Positions 56,785-64,000 of a stretch of 64,000 bases of DNA are shown here, piece after piece. Both the position numbers and the translations under genes were made by a program. Under the pieces are notes generated by a model. That model was given only the letters and a program-made list of their open reading frames with translations. It had not been told where the DNA came from and did no database searches. Every line of letters starts with the position of its first letter. The stretch's first letter is position 1. This DNA is from the human T2T-CHM13v2.0 reference genome, Homo sapiens: assembly GCF_009914755.1 (NCBI RefSeq), contig NC_060927.1; one strand, given 5' to 3'.

Positions 56785-57022
56785 GGGATAAAATGCTATA
56801 CAATGTAGTCTCTAATATGTTCTTTGGGACATAATTGTGCATATTTATTCTTTACTCCCATCCTATTCCTTATTACATTTTTTTCCCCTAAGATTTTTCA
56901 TGTACTGAGGCTTCGTCCTGCCTCCAACAGAGAGTCAAAGAGGGTGAGGTGAAGGGAAAGCATGGGATTTTAGATTGGGATCAGTGGAAAGAGGGATTAT
57001 GTCACCTATATTTTAGAGGCTC

Positions 57023-58762
57023 AGGAAGGGATTTGCCTAAATTTGGAAAGGCTTGAAGCTTATACATTTTGGAGGGTTCTCTTTTTAAAAGAAATGTAAA
57101 CAATTTTTTAAAACTTTTTAAAATAAATACAAAAAAGTTTGTATGCATACAAAAGTAGATTAAAAAGTATATATTTATTTAAAATGAGAAAAAACAAATT
57201 ATAGATTTTTAGAAGCTGTGAAATACCACAAACATCACAAATCCCGCCCCCCTAAAAAAGAACCCTCAAAAATCGAATTTTTATAAATGAGTATATTGGC
57301 ATAACTCTAGACTGGTACTTCAATGTGCTGAGAAGTCTTATAAGCTGCCTCAGAATCAAGGTTCCTTCAATCTTTTTATCCACCCTCCACATTTCCCCTT
57401 GCCAAATGTGGGGAGGAGCTCTCTTTGGAATTTCCTTATCTGACGAAGAAAAACTTCTTTCCAACAGAAATGCAATTGTCTTGAAGGTCCTCTCTAGCGA
57501 TCTCACTGAATAACTAGGAAAAAAAGTCAACCACTGGAGAAAAGAAGAGCCTGGGAGTCATCAGTATACCCAGACAAACTTTTTCTCTATTCTCCTTCTG
57601 CAGCTCCAAGAGACTACCTGGGGCACTTTATCTGCATAAGACAACCTTTGCTCCTGTGCAGTTCTGTTCCTCACCTTTCCATAATGTCTGCTTTTGCCTT
57701 TGTGCATCTATCCCCTATGAAGAGACTACTTAACCATCAACCATCCGGCTCCTCTTTGAGTTCATTTTTGTGTGCCTCCTGTGCACACGTGCATATTAAT
57801 ACATTTTGTATACTTTCTCTCCTATTAATCTGCCTTTTGTCAGTTGATTTTCAGCTAATGTTTAAAAGACAAAGGGGAGGTTTTTCCCTTGGACCCTACA
57901 GCATTTTATATGACAATGGTTTTACAATATTGCTTTTAAAAAAATCAAGACTAAAAAGATAATTTAATATTTCCTCTATCATTATTGATAAAAACTTGTT
58001 AAATTAATATTTGGGGCACACTAACATGCAATTTCACATACAGATGTGCTGTAGTTTATAGTGCTGTTATGGGTTTGTGACTTCAAACACAAGGATTCTA
58101 TACAATTCATTTTATGTGGCTCCCATTAAAATGTTTTGCCCATTTGTACTTGTATATAATGCATTATTAAATATATTCATAACATAATAGAACTTTCACT
58201 TTGACTAGAGGTTAATGAGAACTGAGTTTTTTGCTTATAACTTGACATTTCTGATGATTGAAAAAATTTTCCATGCACTAGCTGCTGACACAGTACCTTT
58301 CAAATACTTTTTCTCTCATACTCATCATTTATTTTTGGTACATAGCACAGGGGAAAACATTCATGTAGCAGTATGTGCTAGGGAATCAATACAAGAGGTA
58401 ATAAGAGTGTTCCTGGAAGCCATTCCCACACTGGGGTAGCTAGCAACAACTTATCATGAAGGGAAATGACTATGAAACCACATAAATAAATTCCTCTGAA
58501 TTTACACTAAATATAAACTCAACCAGATTTCTCTTTTGCTGGATCCCCAAATGGGTGTAGCTGCTGCAAACCATTTCAATGGGATATATGATAGGGGCAA
58601 TTCAGAGTGGAAAGAATAAATGCTTTAACAGACTATGGTTTAAATACCTTAGTTTTGCAAAGTTTACAACAACATCTGATCATGTGATCACATTGTTGGC
58701 AGCCTGTGCAAGTGATAAATCTTGAGATTGAAGTTTTAGTAGCTTTATGGTAAATCTGCCTA
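57023..58762 (-). mobile_element. Arthur1-like hAT-Tip100 DNA transposon, interrupted by an LTR
   Basis: Right end reverse complement is aggcagatttaccataaagctactaaaac...cacttgcacagg; left end is ggcttgaagcttatacattttggagggttctcttt. Confidence 0.62.
57300..57900 (+). mobile_element. ERV1 LTR (MER34/MER39-group)
   Basis: 3' end ctcctattaatctgccttttgtcagttgattttcagc...cttggaccctaCA is homologous to the 3' end of 56133-56758. The 5' boundary is approximate. Confidence 0.75.
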
Positions 58763-58999
58763 AAAATGGCAAATTGACATTTTTAATGAATGAAATTTAT
58801 ATGTAGTTTATTGTAGATTTAACATAGACTAGATTTAAGGTAAGCTGATAAAATACATTGAGTGAAGTGTTAATATAAATTTCCAACTTTTGTCTAGAAA
58901 TTAAGATACTCTTAACACAAGATGTTTATGAAAATTCAGGAAAAACTACATTTTTATTTTGATACTTTATGTATTTTTCTCCTTTCTCTCTCCATTTTT

Positions 59000-59629
59000 C
59001 TAAAATAAACCCTAAAAATATTTTACCCCAAAATATACTTCTTTGTCATATGTTGATATGGCTAATCAGAGGGTCTGGAGACAGAAATAACCCTGAAAAT
59101 TGCCTTTTGTGGAGTAGACTTGCATTTTTAGAAAAAAATATGCATCAATAAAATAAACAGCCTGGCTTTCTCAGAAGCTACTCTCCCTATCCTGATGTAA
59201 GAAAGATTAACTGAGAATCTGACACCTTTGCAAAATCTGGTGGAGAAACATTTACCATAGGCTACCAGATATTCCTTTAGGGGGATGATACCTGTGAGGT
59301 TTCATCTGCGTCACAAGACCACATTTGCCCCATGCTTTTCCTCTTCTCTCCCTTTTATATCCTATCTTAGCACTGTAACCCGTCATGCCATGCTCCAAAC
59401 CCCTATTCCTTCTGTTCCCTGAAGATGGTATAAAAGCATCAACTATCTGGCCATTTCTTTGAGTTTTTAATATTTACATGACTCCTGTGCCTGAATGCAC
59501 ATTAATAAAATTAGCGTATTTTTTTTTGTCCTGCTAGTATCAGTTTTTTTTTTTTGCCCTATCTAGTATCAGTTTATTTTATAGACTCAAATTACTCAAT
59601 CTTAAGGGGAAGAATTTAAACTTCTCTAC
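59000..59629 (+). mobile_element. MER4-family ERV1 LTR
   Basis: aatattttaccccaaaatatacttctttg...aagatggtataaaagcatcaac...attaataaaa. Confidence 0.75.
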
Positions 59630-59645
59630 CCTTCCTTCTTTCCTT

Positions 59646-60368
59646 TGAAACCACCCTTGCAAAATTATAACGGAGAAAATTGTTACAGTGAAGGAGATCT
59701 GAACTAAGCAACTCCATTTTGCTTATAACCTCCTACCTGTCCTTGTCGATTCTTGGACATAGGCCAAACTGACTTTGGGAGGAACTTAGTTTATGATTTA
59801 TATTTGAAACAAAGACAGTAACAGCCTTTTCCCAAAACAAAAACCCCTCCTTGCCTGGGGACTAGACTGCCTTTGTAGGACTAACAAATTAGCCACAAAG
59901 TTAGAAATTATGGTTTGGGAGTCAAGTGGGTGGAGGCTACAAGATTCTGACCCTCCCCAAATTGTTGCTGGGGATAACATCACCATTGTAAAACCTAAGA
60001 TTAGTACTTGAGATATTTTGCAGACCTTGCATTTGATGGATCAACAGGCACCACCCAAATGGATAAACTGTCTCATCTGATCTTGTGGCCCCACCTAGGA
60101 ACTAACTCAGTGCAAGAGAACAGCTTCAACTCTCTGATCTCCAACCCAACCAAGAAGCACTCCCAACTTACTGACCCCTACCCACTAAATTGTCCTGAAA
60201 AACTCAGATCCCTGAATTCTCAGGAAGATGGATTTGAGGAATAATAAAACTCTGGCCTCCTGCATACCTGGCTCTGCATGAATAACCCTTTCTTTATTGC
60301 AATTCCCCTGTCTTGATAAATCAGCTCTGTCTAGGCAGTGGGAAAGGTGAAACTGTTGGGCAGTTACA
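59646..60368 (+). mobile_element. LTR8 ERV1 solo LTR
   Basis: TGAAACCACCCTTGCAAAATTATAAC...gttgggcagttaCA. Confidence 0.9.
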
Positions 60369-60529
60369 CTTTCCTTTCTCTCTTTTTTTTCTTTTTTCTT
60401 TTCTTCTTCTTCTTCATTTTTTTTTTATTTAAGGACTACAGAAATTTAGAATTAATCATGATCTTTAGTTTATTCTGCAACCTTATCTTTCTTATATGCA
60501 TTCTCTTATTTTAATATTGTTATTTTATT

Positions 60530-61495
60530 GATTTTTAAATAATATACTAATATCATGAATGTTCAACTATCTAAAACAAAACCAATAACTCATATAAAAC
60601 CTGTCCTCATCCACGATCCCAACCCTCAACTTCCTCACATAGATCACCACTACCCTAAATCCCTACATTTAATGTTCATCATCCACTCGAACATGTTTGT
60701 ATTCATAAAGGATATAGTGTTAGTTTTACTCATTTTTGAACTTCATAAGAAATGTCTCACTCTATTGTAGTTTTTTGGAACTTTATTCAACTTTTTACTA
60801 AAATTTTTCCGTATTATCCCATGTTACAGCATTTAATTGTGTTAAATTGCTGCAATATAATTATTAATCTTCCTGTTGATGGGAGTTTGTATTGTTTCCA
60901 GTTTTTAGTAATTATAATCAGTAATACAGTGAATATTTTTGTCATTATCTCATGATACTCATATGTAAGAATTATTCTTGGGTATTTTCTCAGAAGTGAC
61001 ATTATGGAGCCATGGTTTGTCACTATTTAACTTGTAAAGATAATCTCAACTTATTTTCCAAAGAACTATCACATATCAGCATTGTATAAAAAGATTATCT
61101 TAGTCTCTTTCTCCTTTAACACAAAATATTGTCAAACTTCTTAACTTTAGCCAATTGAACAGGGTTAAAATGGTATCTCATTGAAGTCTTAATGTACACT
61201 TTCTTAATTTCAAATGAGATTATTTCCTCATATATTTATTGGCCAAAAGGGTTTCATCTGTTTTGCCCAATGTTTTTATTGAGTTGTGTTCTTCTTATTT
61301 AAAGGGATTTGTAGTTCTTTTTATGTTCTTGAAGTTAATCCTTTGTCAATTGTATGTGTTATAAACATCTTTAAGTGTGTCTTGTTTTTTTTTTCTTTTA
61401 AATTATGTCTTTTAGTTAAGAGAATTTATTTAAAACACATACAATTTTCAACTTTTTTTTCTGGCTAGTAACTTTTGTTCCTTGTAAAGTTTTCT
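60530..61495 (-). mobile_element. Ancient L1M (L1ME-like) 3' region
   Basis: ctgttgatgggagtttgtattgtttccagtttttag...aaaatggtatctcattg. Confidence 0.72.
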
Positions 61496-61500
61496 TATCA

Positions 61501-62516
61501 TGGAAGGAAACAAATATGCCACCCCATCATGCTACTTTGATATATTGACTATTTTGAGCTGAAGGCATTTGGAAAACAGCAAATGCAGGGAGAGGATTTC
61601 TCTGAACTCCCCTTATCTACCCAAAGATTGGTCACTCCAAATGAACTTAATTGTCATAAATCCCCTCCCCAGGAGTTTCATCAACCAGGGAAGACTGACT
61701 GTTATCACAGGAGAAGAGACTCCAAGTTGACACAACACCCAGACAAACTATCTTCTCTCCCATCTATTCTTCTGTGAGCCCATCCATCTTCCCTGAAAAT
61801 CACATACCCTCTCCAAAGCGGCCTACATCCCTGTTTCCTTCCCCTATTAAGATAATGATGGGGCTGAGGATAAACTGCCCCAAAATATGCCAACTTGGTA
61901 TGTGAGAAAGCAGCAGAAGCAGAAAGGCCATTCTCACTTTCCCCTTGCCCTTCTCCCCTGAAGCAGGTCATACATAGACGCTCATTAGAGGAGTACCCTC
62001 CCTACATCCACAGAGAAGGAGCTGAAGACACGGACATCAAGAAAAAGCTAAACAAGTAGGCCTCACTCAGTTTTCCCTGGTTGATTGCCATTAGATCATA
62101 CTCTTGTTCTCCAATCATATATCTCAACAACTGTCCATCTTCATCAAATCTAAGCCTAAAAGCATACGGGTTTACCTGTTATTTCGGATCTTCATTTCAA
62201 AGGCTCCCAGGACACTTAAAAGTTATAATAAATTTGTATGCTTTTCCCTTGTTACTATGTCATTTGTTACAGGGGCCTCAGCTGTGAACCTAAGATGGAA
62301 AGAATAGACATTTCTTTCCCCTCAATGGCACTTAAGCCTGAATTCTAAGCCACCTCTTGCAGAGTTAATCTTTCCCTGAGTTTTCTCCCATGTATATATG
62401 ATATATACATGTTAATAAACATTTGTTTGTTTTTCTCCTGTTAATCTGTCTCTTCTTATAGGGGGCCCCAGCTGAGCACTTAGAAGTGTTAAGAAAAACT
62501 TATTTTTCCCCTTATA
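61501..62516 (+). mobile_element. MER34/LTR48-group ERV1 LTR, split by a nested MER34C-like LTR
   Basis: aatatgccacccc...ctattttgagctgaaggca; resumes after 62324 with gttaataaac...ctcctgttaatctgtc. Confidence 0.75.
61856..62324 (+). mobile_element. MER34C-like ERV1 LTR, nested
   Basis: TGATGGGGCTGAGGA...ccccaaaatatgcc...cttctcccctgaagcaggtcata...cccctCA. Confidence 0.78.
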
Positions 62517-62602
62517 CCCTGAAGTAAAAAAAAAATTTATTTAAGCTCTTTTTGAAATTTTGCTTTTTACATTTTAAAGCCTCAACCTACCTGGTATTAA
62601 TT

Positions 62603-62958
<356 letters not shown>

Positions 62959-63015
62959 TGAAATATAATGCATTTCAAAGTTCTACTTATCAAATTATTT
63001 CCTCCTTCTGCCTTT

Positions 63016-63755
63016 TGAGAAATAAAGTAAAATCCTAAGTACCCCCATGGACTAAATGAACCCCCTCTTGGCCACGGGGACCCCAGAGAAGTCTTAAAAA
63101 CTGAGGTCCTCATCATGATGGAATGGGAGGTCAGTCATGCCATGTTATATACACCGATTCTTGTTAGCTGCCAGTCAATTTTCTTTCCTAACGGTTGAAC
63201 AGAAACCAGCCCTTCGGAGAGACTTGTTCCACCACTGATTTCAATGGACCACCTGACACTGCCAGACTCCCCTCCTTTTTGCATTTCCAAGGTAACTGAC
63301 CAGCATTCCTTTCTGATAAGAGACCACAGACCAGCAACTGGTTCTGGCTGGTTTATAGAGGCTGTGCACAGGATGCCTCTGTGTCCTCTGTTTCACCTTT
63401 TGACATATAGAGCCTAATTTTAATACATTTAAGTCTTAACTCTCCATTCCAAAGTAAACATAGGATGTATGCAACATGAATATCTACTTACTGTGCATGC
63501 AGACATCCCCCTGTCATAGATATTTATAGCTCCTCCTATAATCTGTGAAATATATATATATATATATATACTTAGCCAATCTATTTGCCATAAGTTTCTG
63601 TCTCATCCTTCCCTCCCTCAAAGTGCCTGCTTCCAGTATCTGCTGGAGGCTACAGTTCCCAGGCCGTGGAATGGTCAGTCTGCAGGCTGCAATTCTTTAT
63701 GAAAAGTAAAGCTGTCCTTTTCAAATTTGTAAACACTGTAATTGTTAGTTAATAC
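63016..63755 (+). mobile_element. MER4E-like ERV1 LTR containing a (TA)n run
   Basis: TGAGAAATAAAGTAAAATCCTAAG...ccccctcttggccacggggaccccagagaa. Confidence 0.82.
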
Positions 63756-63829
63756 CTTTCTAGTGACTTTTATGACTTCATATATGAAACTTCCATAAAT
63801 GTGAGATTGGTTGTGTTTTGTTCAACCAA

Positions 63830-63960
63830 AGATTGATGGACTTCACCCCCAGAATTTCTGATTCAGTAGACTTGGAGTCAGTCTCAAGGATTTGCACTTC
63901 TTTCAAGTTCCGCGGTGAGGTTGACAGTGCTGTTCTGGATAGCCTACATTGAGAACAACT
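63830..63960. mobile_element. MER5A/B fragment (hAT-Charlie)
   Basis: cacccccagaatttctgattcagtag...atttgcacttctttcaagttcc...ttgagaacaact. Confidence 0.78.
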
Positions 63961-64000
63961 ATCTTATGCTAACTGTCCTTGTATGGCTCTTTCCTTGACT

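Overview
AT-rich primate (very probably human) genomic DNA. A large part is interspersed repeat: L1PA 3' ends, old L1M/L2/L3/MIR, AluJ/AluS, MaLR and ERV1/ERVL solo LTRs, and Tigger/hAT DNA-transposon relics. No intact protein-coding CDS is present. The only ORFs with real protein homology are disabled LINE-1 ORF2 fragments. A repeat-free, CpG-enriched block at ~50.65-51.8 kb looks like a + strand promoter with first (5' UTR) exon(s): it has a strong CTCF motif, a GC box and good splice sites. It reminds me of the FILIP1 5' end, but that is unverified recall. I see no novel multi-gene system. The most interesting structure is an ancient inverted, circularly permuted local duplication (35.2-36.55 kb versus 40.56-41.91 kb) flanked by a 5-bp direct repeat. 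Other points are a twin-primed L1 with a large internal deletion, a dense cluster of same-strand ERV1 LTRs, and a 24-bp duplication that creates an ETS-IRF composite motif. All repeat names come from recalled consensus sequences, not from a RepeatMasker/Dfam run.
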